The position numbers and the translations under genes were made by a program. From Octopus sinensis (lineage: Eukaryota): a stretch of DNA of 64,000 nucleotides. Of this stretch, positions 25,405 to 38,689 are shown one piece after another. Where the stretch lies: the NCBI RefSeq assembly GCF_006345805.1, contig NC_043008.1:23126001-23190000 (forward strand). Reading direction: 5' to 3'. Position 1 is the stretch's first letter, and each line of letters opens with the position of its first letter. Under the pieces are notes generated by a model. The model searched no databases. It was not told the DNA's origin and was given only the letters and a program-made list of their open reading frames with translations.

Positions 25405-26930
25405 ATATATATATGCTCTCTTTTTCTTACTCTCTCTTGCTTGCTTTCTCTCTCTCTTTCTCCTTCTCTCTCTATATATCTCTATATTATAATTCTGAAA
25501 TGCAAAAAGTTTGTTTGTCTGGTTTTGCCATTGAGAACGGGTTAAAGGCCACTAGATCCCGTCGGATTGACTCCAAAATTTACAGGAACATGTAAAATGA
25601 GGTGAGGGTGAGAGTGGGCTAGGTTAGAAATCCCAATCTTAAAAGGTGTCGTTGCTAGGGCCAAAAGCACACACTTTGACAAGTCTACTCTCATTCTTTT
25701 ATGTGTCTGTCTTTCTCCGTCTCTCACTCTCTATCCTCCCTGCCTTTCACCTTCTCTGTGATGTCGTTTCACAGTGTCTAAGAAAGGAGAAAGTAATAAT
25801 GAGTGAAAGAGAATAACGACAAAGGGTTTAAAAAGCGTAAAAATATTTTCTTTCTCAACTCACTCAAGATCTTTTGTTGTTTATAAATGGGAGAGAGATA
25901 GATAGAGAGTAAGAGAAAGCGAGGGAAAGTCTACTATCTTTTCCCTGCTGCCTTCACCAGCGCTGTCACACTCTCTCTTTACGTCTGTCTGCATTCATAG
26001 AGAGAATTATCATCGCCACAACCACCACACAATCATGAGAACAAATATATATTATGAATCAGATATTTATTGGGTTAATTATATGTGTGTGTGTGTGTGT
26101 TCTATATATAAATATATATATATAATGTATATATACAAAGTGTATATATCTGTATTTATTTATATATATATATATGCTCTCTTTTTCTTACTCTCTCTTG
26201 CTTGCTTTCTCTCTCTCTTTCTCCTTCTCTCTCTATATATCTCTATATTATAATTCTGAAATGCAAAAAGTTTGTTTGTCTGGTTTTGCCATTGAGAACG
26301 GGTTAAAGGCCACTAGATCCCGTCGGATTGACTCCAAAATTTACAGGAACATGTAAAATGAGGTGAGGGTGAGAGTGGGCTAGGTTAGAAATCCCAATCT
26401 TAAAAGGTGTCGTTGCTAGGGCCAAAAGCACACACTTTGACAAGTCTACTCTCATTCTTTTATGTGTCTGTCTTTCTCCGTCTCTCACTCTCTATCCTCC
26501 CTGCCTTTCACCTTCTCTGTGATGTCGTTTCACAGTGTCTAAGAAAGGGAGAAAGTAATAATGAGTGAAAGAGAATAACGACAAAGGGTTTAAAAAGCGT
26601 AAAAATATTTTCTTTCTCAACTCACTCAAGATCTTTTGTTGTTTATAAATGGGAGAGAGATAGATAGAGAGTAAGAGAAAGCGAGGGAAAGTCTACTATC
26701 TTTTCCCTGCTGCCTTCACCAGCGCTGTCACACTCTCTCTTTACGTCTGTCTGCATTCATAGAGAGAATTATCATCGCCACAACCACCACACAATCATGA
26801 GAACAAATATATATTATGAATCAGATATTTATTGGGTTAATTTATATGTGTGTGTGTGTGTGTTCTATATATAAATATATATATATAATGTATATATACA
26901 AAGTGTATATATCTGTATTTATTTATATAT
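25405..26930 (+). repeat. Near-identical tandem duplication, period ~761 bp
   Basis: Identical ORFs at 25542..25727 and 26303..26488; the two copies differ only by tiny indels. Confidence 0.9.
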
Positions 26931-26974
26931 ATATATAATTTGTATACATTTATATATATAATGCGTACACACAA

Positions 26975-27011
<37 letters not shown>

Positions 27012-27907
27012 ATGTGTGCATTATGTGGTCGGTTGAGCTGAAAATATGCGCACCTATGTTAAAAGTGCTGGCGAGTTTGCATGGCAACTATTTTTTTCCT
27101 CAAATGAAAGGCGTAACCTCTAGGACAAAATTCCTCATCTTATAAAATGTGGCCCAAGTAGACTTGAATGAAATCAGGTTGTATTAACCAAAACGTGAAA
27201 AGGGGTCTAAATGGGGCTGGAAGGGGATTAAAATTTACAGGAGCGGGTGTTTAGGAATTCTCTGTTACTTCAAGCTAAAAAATTCACGCCAGCCTTTTAA
27301 TCTTCAATGTGTTGCCATCCATGATGAAGAAGTTTTGAATGCTTGCCATGGTGAGTCTACTGTCGTGAGAAAGAATCACTTCAAAACTTGGTGTTTAGGA
27401 ATTTTCTTTTACATCAAGTTCAAAATTTTACGCCAGCCGCTAAACTGCCACTACGTTGCTGTCTGTCATTAAAAAATGCCAGCCATGGTGACTCTACTAT
27501 CCTCAGATTCTGTCCCTTCAAACTTTGGTTTCCAATATTTATTTATTTTTATTCAGCTTGCAAGTTTGTCTGTCCCTTTTAAATGTTAGTGTTTCACTGT
27601 CTGCCTTGAAGCAGACCTTTCCATTGTCACTGCCTGATATTTATGATTGATCCTTCAAACTATTTCCTTTCTCAATTTACTCAAGATCTTTTGTTGTTTA
27701 TAAATGGGAGAGAGAGAGATAGAGAAATATAGAGAGTTAGAGAAAGCGAAGGAGAGTCCGAGAGAAAGGAAGAGTAAATGAGTAGGAAAGTGAGAGAGAA
27801 AGGAGAGAGAAACAAAGAGGGAGAATGTGGTGATAAAAAACAAAAGAAGCAGCAGAAAGTAACAACCACACTCTTACCCACGCGTAGAGCGGGTCACCTT
27901 AAGCTAG
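25479..27907 (+). mobile_element. Non-autonomous Helitron, copy 1
   Basis: 5' A|TCTCTATATTAT; 3' GC-rich hairpin CCCACGCGTAGAGCGGG followed by CTAG (27904-27907). Confidence 0.7.
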
Positions 27908-30603
27908 TCTCTATATTATAATTCTGAAACGCGAAAAGTTTGTTTGGAATGGGTTAAAGGCTACTAGATCCCGTTGGATTGACTCCAAATTTTACAGGGA
28001 CATGTAAAATGAGGTGAGGATATCGGTGGGCTAGGGTAGAAATCCCTATCTTAAAAGGTGTGGTTACTAGGGCGAAAAATACACACTTTGACAAGTCTTC
28101 TCTCATTCTTTCATCTGGCTGTCTTCCTCCGTGTCTCTCTCTTTCCTCCCTTCCTTTCACTTTCTCTCTATAATGTCGTTTGACAACGCCTACTATCCTT
28201 CCCCCGCTGTTTTCACTCTTTCTACCACATCCTCTCTCTCTCTCTCTATCTACGTCTGTCTGCATTCATAGAGAGAAATATTATCGCCACCACCACCACA
28301 ACCACCACCACCACCACCACCACAACCACCACCACCACCACCACACAATCATGGGAACAAATATTATGAATCAGATATTTGTTGGGTTAATTCATATATA
28401 TGTGTGTGTGTATGTCTTCTATATATAAATATGTATATATAATGTAGATATACAAAGCGTATATATCTGTATTTATTTATATATATATATATGTATATGT
28501 ATCAGCATCATCATCATCATCATCATCCTCATTTAGCGTCCGTTTTCCATGCTAGCATGGGTTGGACGGTTCAACTCTGGTCTGGGAAGCCAGAAGGCTG
28601 CACGAAGCCCAGTCTGATCTGGCAATGTTTCTATGGCTGGATGCCCTTCCTAATGCCAACCACTCCGTGAGTGTATTGGGTGCTTTTTACATGCCACCGG
28701 CACAGGTGCCAGACGGGGCTGGCAAACGGCCACAGTCGGATGCTGCTTTTTATGTGCCACCGGCAAGGGGGCCATACAAGGCTGGCAATGGCCATGATCG
28801 GATGGTGCTTTTTACGTGCCACTGGCACAGAGGCCCATTGGGGCAGTTCTGGCAATGGCAACATTCGGATGGTTCACTTACGTGCCACCGGCACTGGTAT
28901 CACAGCTACAATTTCCATTGATGTTGATCGATTTCGATTTTGATTCTGATTTCCACTTGCCTCAACCTGTCTTCACAAGTAGAGTTTTGTGTCCCAAGAA
29001 GGAAAGGTATGCATAAGTGTACTGGCTACATCCCAGATAGAGGCTATGGGTTATGGTCTCACTTGTCCTGCCGGGTCTTCTCACGCACAGCATACTTCCA
29101 TAGGTCTTGGTCTCTAGTCATTTCCTCAGTGAGACCTAAAGTTCGGAGGTCGTGCTTCACCACCTCGTCCCAGGTTTTCCTGGGTCTACCTCTTCCACAG
29201 GTTCCTTCAACTGCTAGGGTGTGGCACTTTTTCACACAACTATCTTCATCCATTCTTACCACATGTCCATACCAGCGTAGACGTCTCTCTTGCACACCAC
29301 ATCTGATGCTTCTTAGGTCCAACTTTTCTCTCAAGGTACCTACACTCTGTCGAGTATGCACACTGACATTACACATCCATCGGATCCACTGGCTTCATTC
29401 CTTGCGAGCTTATGCATGTACTCAGCAGTCACAGCCCGTGTTTCACTACCATGTAGCATGGTTGTTCGTACACAAGCATCATACAGTCTACCTTACTCTG
29501 AGCGAGAGGCCCTTTGTCACCAGCAGAGGTAGGAGCTATTTGAACTTTGCCTAGGCTATTCTTATTCTAGCTGCTACACTTTCAGCACACCCACCTCCGC
29601 TACTGACTTGGTCCCCTAGGTAACGGAAGCTATCAACTACTTCTAGTTTTTCTCCCTGGAATGTGGCGGAAGTTGTTCTCTGCGCATTTTCAGAGTTTAT
29701 TGCTCCTGAGCATCTGCCACATACAAAAACTATTTTCCTAGTTAGCCTTCCTTTGACATTGCTGCACCTCTTATGTGTCCATAGCTTACACTTGGTGCAT
29801 CTTATAGAGTTTCTACCTACGCCTTTTCTACAGATCGAGCAGGGCCATCTACCTGAAGGCGTTTGTGATTTGTCTACCTTCCTACTTATTAGGACTTTGG
29901 TTTTAGCTAGGTTGACTCTAAGGCCCTTCGATTCTAATCCTTGCTTCCACACCTGAAACTTCTCCTCCAGTTCTGATAGTGACTCAGTAATTGGTGCAAG
30001 GTCATCTGCATAGAGGAGCTCCCAGGGGCATCCTGTCTTGAATTCCTCCGTTATTGCCTGGAGGACTATGAGAAATAGGAGGGGGCTGAGGACTAAACCT
30101 TGGTGGACCCCTACCTCTACCCGGAATTCTTCACTGTACTCGTTGCCAACCCTCACCTTACTAGCAGTGTCCCTGTACATGCCAGCCGTTAAACTGCCAC
30201 TACATTGCTGTCCGTTGTTAAGAAATGCCAGTCATGGTGACTCTACTATCCTCAGATTCTATCCCTTCAAACTTTGTCCCTTTTAAATGTTAGTGTTTTG
30301 CTGTCTGCCTTGAAGCAGACCTTTCCGTTGTTACAGCCTGATATTTATGATTGATCTTTCAAAATATATTCTTTCTCAACTTACTCAAGATCTTTTGTTG
30401 TTTATAAATGGGAGAGAGATAGATAGAGAAAGATAGAGAGTAAGAGAAAGCAAGGGAGAGTCCGAGAGAAATTAAGATTAAGAGAGTGGGAAAGTGAGAG
30501 AAAAAGGAGAGAGAAACAAAGAAGGAGAATGTGGTGATAAAAAGCAGAAAGGAAGCAACAACCATACTTTTTCCCGCTCGTATTGCGGGTCACCTTAAGC
30601 TAG
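27908..30603 (+). mobile_element. Non-autonomous Helitron, copy 2, head-to-tail with copy 1 and interrupted by an RTE
   Basis: TCTCTATATTAT begins immediately after CTAG; 3' CCCGCTCGTATTGCGGG hairpin and CTAG at 30600-30603; homologous to copy 1. Confidence 0.7.
28500..30180 (-). mobile_element. Relatively young 5'-truncated RTE LINE
   Basis: ORF 29551..30180 with GVHQG..LSPLLF, LLYADDL and a C4HC3 motif; ORF 29059..29376 RLRWYGHVVRM; (CAT)n tail at ~28505. Confidence 0.9.
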
Positions 30604-30609
30604 TATTTA

Positions 30610-30850
30610 TCTCTATATATATAAAACTGAGAACGTGTGCCTGTCTGTCTGTGTGTTTCCCTAAAACTTGAGAACTACACAACCAATTTCATTCAAATTT
30701 TACACATGCCTTACTTTGGGTCCATGTAGTGTCATCGGCAAAAAAAATGTTTAACTTCTTGCCTAGAGTGGGCCCACAGCAATATCATATCTTCTCCATT
30801 ATTTCAGTATTACGTGTTAAAAGTAAAACAAAAACATCTCTCTCTTGTAT
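30610..30850 (+). mobile_element. 5' part of another Helitron-like element
   Basis: A|TCTCTATATATATAAAACTG..(TGTC)n start 6 bp after the previous CTAG; right end not defined. Confidence 0.5.
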
Positions 30851-31509
30851 GTATATGGATGTATGTATATATATATATATATATATATTACAAAATATAA
30901 AGTTATATCTTGAGATCGTTAGTGACAACAACACTCAAAATATATAACAGACTGGAATAGTAGTGCTCAAATGAGCTGTATACACTTTTTAATCTGAGGG
31001 GAGGCAATGCGAGCAGCAACTACAAGAGCACTACAAAATCCACAGAAAGATCAAACACATACATATATTCATATATATCTTCAGAACAGACTTAAAGCCC
31101 GATGTTTAGAAATATATAGTAATATATAAATATATAAATATCATATAAAAATATATTGTACGCATAAGATCCACTCGACATTCCATAAGAAATTTAGAAA
31201 TAAAAATTGCAATAAAAGTTAAAGGTAATAATAACAATTGAATTAAATATAGTAAATATAGTAAGTAGTAATTAAATATATTTTATTTTATTAAAATGGT
31301 AATTAAATCGTAATATAACAATTAAAAGAAAAAATAGCAATTAGTATAAAATGTATCAAGGACTTGAACTCGAATATGTGGTTTTGCATGAATGAGAGAA
31401 ATTAAAAGATGAAAAATTTAATTGAGTGCAGAAGTGAATTAGTCCAGTTTGAGCTGTGCACATACCATTTACTATAGCTGCTAGATTGAATTATATGCTT
31501 ATAAAGTAG

Positions 31510-33190
31510 CATTCAGTATTTATGAGAATTTTGGGAATACGTAATGTCTGGTCTTTCGTATGTAGCAGGTATGTAATTGTGCATTTGTTTCCGTGTACTA
31601 TGTGTTGTGTGTTATTGTGCTTCTTATTTGAACCTGTGAGTTGCTGTTTAATTGTTGATTGTTAATTTTTATCATTAAACGTTATTGTTACACGTTTTTT
31701 TGTTTTTTTGTCTGTCTGTATTGAGACAAACAAGGGAGAAGTGGGCTGCCCCTCCCTAAGGGAGAGACTGCCAGACGAAGTATGTTCAAAAGTGTGTTGG
31801 ATTTATCGACTTCTGAAGAAGAACTTGAAAAGGCGATAAAGAAAATGGACAAGCAATTAGGCAACACATACACAGGAGTGACAAGAACGGAGGAAAGAGA
31901 AATAGACTTGGCCAAGTTGCCAAGCTACCAGGCATTTATTAAAAAGGTCGGAGGTGAAGTGGAGTTGTCACCGCCACCAAAACGAAGAGAGTGGCATGAA
32001 TGAAGGACCATCCAATACCGGGTTTATGCCAATGCAAAAAAGAAAATAGAAGTTGTCAGTATGGAGACAATAGTAGAAGCATTAAAAATACTGGAAGAAG
32101 ACATAATATTCTTGGCAAGAGGCATAAATTTCGGTACCGTGGTGGTCCAGTTCAAGAATGAAAGTGTGGCGAGGAAAATGGCAGCGAGAACGGTGAAGAC
32201 AGAAAAGGTGTTCCTTCTGCCCTCATATCTGGGTGGAGGGGATAGTGGCAGCCATAATCAGTGGATGTGAGGAAGAAGTTGACATCCTCCATGCTACAGT
32301 GAAAGATGAAGGCTGGAAGGGTGCAGTTTTGGAACTAAACGAGCAAGCAGAGGCTGAAATATTGGAACAATTGACTGAGAATATCAGAATGGGAAGTGTC
32401 ATTATGAGAGTGTGGGTGGAGAGCAGAGCTCCACGCTACTACAAGTGTGGCCTGAAAGGTCACATAAGAGCTAACTGCCCTCCCCCATCAAAGGAAATTG
32501 ATGCGGAACCTCAAAGAGAAGTAGTGGCCAACGAGGAAGAGCAGAAATCAACAGAGAAAGACACAACGGAAGAGGAGAAGGTACAAAAAGAATGGGAAGA
32601 AGGAAGAAGAGAAGAAGGAAAAAAATTATTTGTGCTGAACCCCAATCCACCCCAACACCACCTGCACCCTCTGAAACCCACCCTTCCACTGCAGACAGTG
32701 AACCCACCTGCTCCCCACTAACAAGAAAACAATAAAAAAGAAGCAAACAGACAAGATACCGCAAAAAAACCTGGGCCCAATTTTCTAGGTATTTCGACGA
32801 AAAAAGACGTAAAAGAAATATTGAAAGACTATCACTGGTGTGACAAGGACAGTGATAGGTATGCTGTAATCTCGGAAGAACGTATAGAAGAATTCGTGGA
32901 AAAATGTAAAAAGAAAAACTATAAAGTGTTTAGATTTGAAATAGATGACGAGATAATAACGGAAATGGAAAAGAGATTTGCGATGAAAATAGAGCACAAT
33001 GTGTATTACATTCAGGGTAAAGTATGAAAGACAGGTAAATGATGCTAGCAGATTGGGCCGTTAGCATCACTTTCATTTTTCATTTATCATTTTCATATTT
33101 CATTTTCCATATTTATGTAATTGTGATGTTTTATGTCCCCAATGTTTGTATTGTCCCCTCTGTGTAGCCCTTTATGGGTAATAAAGAAAC
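31510..33190 (+). mobile_element. ORF1-only non-LTR retroelement (HAL1-like), ORF1 frameshifted
   Basis: Fragments 31782..32003, 32061..32270, 32233..32721 (YYKCGLKGHIRANC knuckle) and 32821..33027 give an L1/Tx1-like ORF1. Stop at 33027, short 3' UTR ending AATAAAGAAA at 33190, no ORF2. CATTCAGT near 31510 is a possible 5' end. Confidence 0.6.
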
Positions 33191-33463
33191 GATGTGTTGT
33201 GTGTAAAAAATATCCTGACGAGGGGAGTGTCGATTTTAAATATATGATATGTTTCATTAATTGGTGCATCTCTAAACTTTTATGTACTTTTGTAAATTTG
33301 TATATTTATCTTCTATGTATTTTTCTCTAGAATTTTAATTCATCTTTTTAATATGTCATTGTAAGTTTTATTGCCCCAAATTTTTAATTTAACAAATTTA
33401 TACCAAACTAGCACTAATGCTAGTATATATATATATATATATATATATTTATTATATAGAAGG

Positions 33464-33514
33464 AGCTTCTACAGGACTAGAACTGTTTCATTCAAGAGAA
33501 ATCTTCAGGAAGCT
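33464..33514 (-). ncRNA. Type I hammerhead ribozyme (Penelope pLTR)
   Basis: Reverse complement of 38556-38606. Confidence 0.7.
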
Positions 33515-33831
33515 AGTTAACAAGAATTGTATTGGCATTTATACATTTAGGCAGGTTTAAAGGGGTGTAGGTGGGGGACTTTTTTGGGGTAGGCATAGCG
33601 CAAAAAATCATACTTGGGGGAGTGGTCAAGGAGTCAGTGTTAAATTAGATAGGAGAATAAATAAAAAATAAAAAATAAAAAATAAAAAATAAAAAATAAA
33701 AAATAAAAAAAAAAAAAAAAAATAAAAAATATAAAATAAAAAATAAAAAATAAAAAATAAAAAATAAAAAATAGAAAATAAAAAAATATAAAAATAAAAA
33801 ATAAAAATAAAAATAAAAATAAAAATAAAAA

Positions 33832-33889
<58 letters not shown>

Positions 33890-34757
33890 GGGGGAATAGA
33901 GTTTTAGGTAAATAAGGAGATTCTCACTTATACCTCTACACATACACACATATATATACAATCACACATACATATACATATCTACACATACACATATATA
34001 TGTATACATACACACACTCACTTGCATACACGTATACACACATGTATATATACACACACGACCACACATACATATACACACAGAAAAATATATATATATA
34101 CACATACACACACATCTACTCACATACACGCATACACACACAAATCCATACACACACATGCACACACAGCACACTAGTCCCTATATACACATATATACAC
34201 ATACACACATATATATACACCCACACATACACATACATACACATATATATACATACATACACATACATATACACATATATATACATACACATATATATAT
34301 ATATATATACACATGTATATACATATGTGTACCCATGCATACCTACACATACACACATATATATATATACATATACAAATACAGACCCATTCCCTAATTT
34401 TAATTTTATTATCTTCGTTTATTACTTTTGTTATCTTTGGCCGCTTGGTCACAAACATCTTGGCTATGACAGCCAGACCATTTATCCGTCTACTGGAAAA
34501 CAATTACTCATTCACTCACGCACACTCTTTAGCACGTACACTCACTCATTCGTACACTCATACGCATACACGCACGCACGCGTTATATTCATACATACAT
34601 ACATCTACATACATTCACGTATATACACATACGTACGCGTACCTACAGATTCATGTCTACACTCTTCGAAGGCTAGTCTATACATATACACCCATAAGTA
34701 TAAATACACACACATACATACATGTACACCTACATACAAATACATACAAGTACATAT

Positions 34758-34810
<53 letters not shown>

Positions 34811-35001
34811 TACATATATATATTCATACTAACATGCATACTCAAAAAATAAGTAAATAGTAAATATATATACGCGCAGTTATTCATACATGCATACTCA
34901 AAAAATAAATATTAAGTATATGTACGTGCAGTTACCTATTATATAGACGGATACATACATATAATAAACTTACACACATAGATATATATATATATATATA
35001 T

Positions 35002-35083
<82 letters not shown>

Positions 35084-35150
35084 CATACATACACACACAT
35101 ATATATATAAATATATACATACACACATACACCTACATATACACATACAC

Positions 35151-35191
<41 letters not shown>

Positions 35192-35452
35192 CACACATAC
35201 ACATACATATACATACACATACATACATATATATACACATACTTACACATGTACATATAAATACACACATAGATAACTCTACGTACCTACACATACATAA
35301 ACACACGAGCGTACGCGCATATGTACATATACATATACCCATGCACACGCATATATATACATACATACATACACATACACACATGTATACACACACACTC
35401 ACATACACATATATATACATACACATATATATACACATATATATATATATGT

Positions 35453-35491
<39 letters not shown>

Positions 35492-35519
35492 TATACATAC
35501 ACACACACATACACACACT

Positions 35520-35829
35520 TAAGACCCGTTGGTACGCACACACACACTCGTTCCGGCGACAGGATAAATCCAACCAAACTACCCTCGCCGCCCACATCTG
35601 GTACCTTAAAAGGAATTCCATCCCCTTCAAGACCAAGTGGAAACTACTACAGAAGGCGCGCTCGTACACAGGAGGCCATACCTGCTGTGACCTCTGCATA
35701 TCGGAGAGCCTAGAGATCTTGTTCGCCAAAGGCCCTCTCCTTAACAAAATCTCAGAACACTCCCCAAATTGTATGCATAAGAAGTATGCGAACTACAAGA
35801 ACTATAGACCTACCCGGCAACCAGATTGA
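35520..35829 (+). pseudogene. 5'-truncated Penelope GIY-YIG endonuclease C-terminus
   Basis: LKTRWYAHTHSFR..QTTLAAHIWYLK..KWKLLQKARSY..CDLCISE..LLNKISE..CMHK, a typical PLE endonuclease tail. Confidence 0.8.
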
Positions 35830-36036
35830 TGACACCCCACCCACAAAACCCCCCCAATCCCACCGTCCCCCTAGCACCCCCGATTACCTTTTCTCCTAAG
35901 ACCTTTCACATATTGTATGTGCACGCTTGTAGATGTGTATCGTATATATGTATAGAAATGTATGGGTATAGTAGGATTATACGCATGTATTATGTGTGTG
36001 TGTGCGTGTATGTATGTAAAAAAATATATATGTGTG

Positions 36037-36069
<33 letters not shown>

Positions 36070-36112
36070 GTGTGTGTATGTATGTGTATATATATATTAT
36101 ATATGTATGTGC

Positions 36113-36143
<31 letters not shown>

Positions 36144-36366
36144 TAGAGATGTATGTATATATATGTGTATGTATATGTGTGTGTATGTATATGTGTGTGT
36201 GTATGTATGTGTATATATATATATGTGTGTGTATGTGTGTGTGTATATATGTAAATGTAAGTGTGTGTGCTTGTATGAGAATGTATGTATGTTTGCACAC
36301 ATGTATATATATATATGTGTATATGTATGTGTGTATGTATATGTGTGTGTATGTGTATGTATGTGT

Positions 36367-36397
<31 letters not shown>

Positions 36398-36658
36398 ACA
36401 TATATATATATATGTGTATATATATGTGTATGTATATATATGTGTATGTGAGTGTGTGTGTATACATGTGTGTATGTGTATGTATGTATGTATATATATG
36501 CGTGTGCATGGGTATATGTATATGTACATATGCGCGTACGCTCGTGTGTTTATGTATGTGTAGGTACGTAGAGTTATCTATGTGTGTATTTATATGTACA
36601 TGTGTAAGTATGTGTATATATATGTATGTATGTGTATGTATATGTATGTGTATGTGTG

Positions 36659-36713
<55 letters not shown>

Positions 36714-36786
36714 GTGTATGTGTATATGTAGGTGTATGTGTGTATGTATATATTTATATATATATGTGTGTGTATGTATGTATGTG

Positions 36787-36851
<65 letters not shown>

Positions 36852-37047
36852 TATGTATATGTATGTGTGTATGTGTATATATATGTGTATGTATGTATAT
36901 ATATAATATATACATACACATACATATACATACACATATATATATATATGTGTATGTATGTATGTATATATATGTGTGTATATATATATATATTATATAT
37001 ATATGTGTATGTATGTGTATGTATGTATATATATGTGTATGTATGTA

Positions 37048-37087
<40 letters not shown>

Positions 37088-37207
37088 ATATGTACTTGTA
37101 TGTATTTGTATGTAGGTGTACATGTATGTATGTGTGTGTATTATACTTATGGGTGTATATGTATAGACTAGCCTTCGAAGAGTGTAGACATGAATCTGTA
37201 GGTACGC

Positions 37208-37249
<42 letters not shown>

Positions 37250-38111
37250 GTACATGTATGTATTTGTATGTAGGTGTACATGTATGTGTGTGTATTTATA
37301 TTTATTGGTGTATATGTATAGACTAGCCTTCTAAGAGTGTAGACATGAATCTGTAGGTACGCGTACGTATGTGTATATACGTGAATGTATGTAGATGTAT
37401 GTATGTATGAATATAACGCGTGCGTGCGTGTATGCGTATGAGTGTACGAATGAGTGAGTGTACGTGCTAAAGAGTGTGCGTGAGTGAATGAGTAATTGTT
37501 TTCCAGTAGACGGATAAATGGTCTGGCTGTCATAGCCAAGATGTTTGTGACCAAGCGGCCAAAGATAACAAAAGTAATAAACGAAGATAATAAAATTAAA
37601 ATTAGGGAATGGGTCTGTATTTGTATATGTATATATATATATGTGTGTATGTGTAGGTATGCATGGGTACACATATGTATATACATGTGTATATATATAT
37701 ATATATATATGTGTATGTATATATATGTGTATATGTATGTGTATGTATGTATATATATGTGTATGTATGTGTATGTGTGGGTGTATATATATGTGTGTAT
37801 GTGTATATATGTGTATATAGGGACTAGTGTGCTGTGTGTGCATGTGTGTGTATGGATTTGTGTGTGTATGCGTGTATGTGAGTAGATGTGTGTGTATGTG
37901 TATATATATATATTTTTCTGTGTGTATATGTATGTGTGGTCGTGTGTGTATATATACATGTGTGTATACGTGTATGCAAGTGAGTGTGTGTATGTATACA
38001 TATATATGTGTATGTGTAGATATGTATATGTATGTGTGATTGTATATATATGTGTGTATGTGTAGAGGTATAAGTGAGAATCTCCTTATTTACCTAAAAC
38101 TCTATTCCCCC

Positions 38112-38190
<79 letters not shown>

Positions 38191-38218
38191 TTTAAAATTT
38201 TTTATTTTTTATTTTTTA

Positions 38219-38249
<31 letters not shown>

Positions 38250-38555
38250 TTTATTTTTTATTATTTTATTTTGTTATATTTTTTATTTTCTATTTATTTT
38301 TTATTTTTATTTTTATTTTTTTTTTTTATATTTTATATTTTTTATTTTTTATTATTTTTTATTTTTTATTTTATTTTTTATTTTTTATTTTTTATTTTTT
38401 ATTTTTTATTTATTCTCCTATCTAATTTAACACTGACTCCTTGACCACTCCCCCAAGTATGATTTTTTGCGCTATGCCTACCCCAAAAAAGTCCCCCACC
38501 AACACCCCTTTAAACCTGCCTAAATGTATAAATGCCAATACAATTCTTGTTAACT

Positions 38556-38606
38556 AGCTTCCTGAAGATTTCTCTTGAATGAAACAGTTCTAGTCCTGTA
38601 GAAGCT
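38556..38606 (+). ncRNA. Type I hammerhead ribozyme (Penelope pLTR)
   Basis: Stem I AGCTTC/GAAGCT, core CTGAAGA, short stem II TTC/GAA, GAAA, stem III ACAG/CTGT with quasi-palindromic loop containing CTAG, GUA cleavage triplet ending at 38600. Confidence 0.7.
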
Positions 38607-38689
38607 CCTTCTATATAATAAATTAATTTTACTCTGCTATGTATTGAGTACCTTATTTACTGTGGTTAACCCCGAATCAACCCGGGACC

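Noticed and set aside
33626-38039. Many long ORFs (up to 314 aa) rich in Y/I/H/T/V/C/M
   Set aside because: Translations of stop-free TA/TG/CA microsatellite; only 35520-35829 is real protein sequence.
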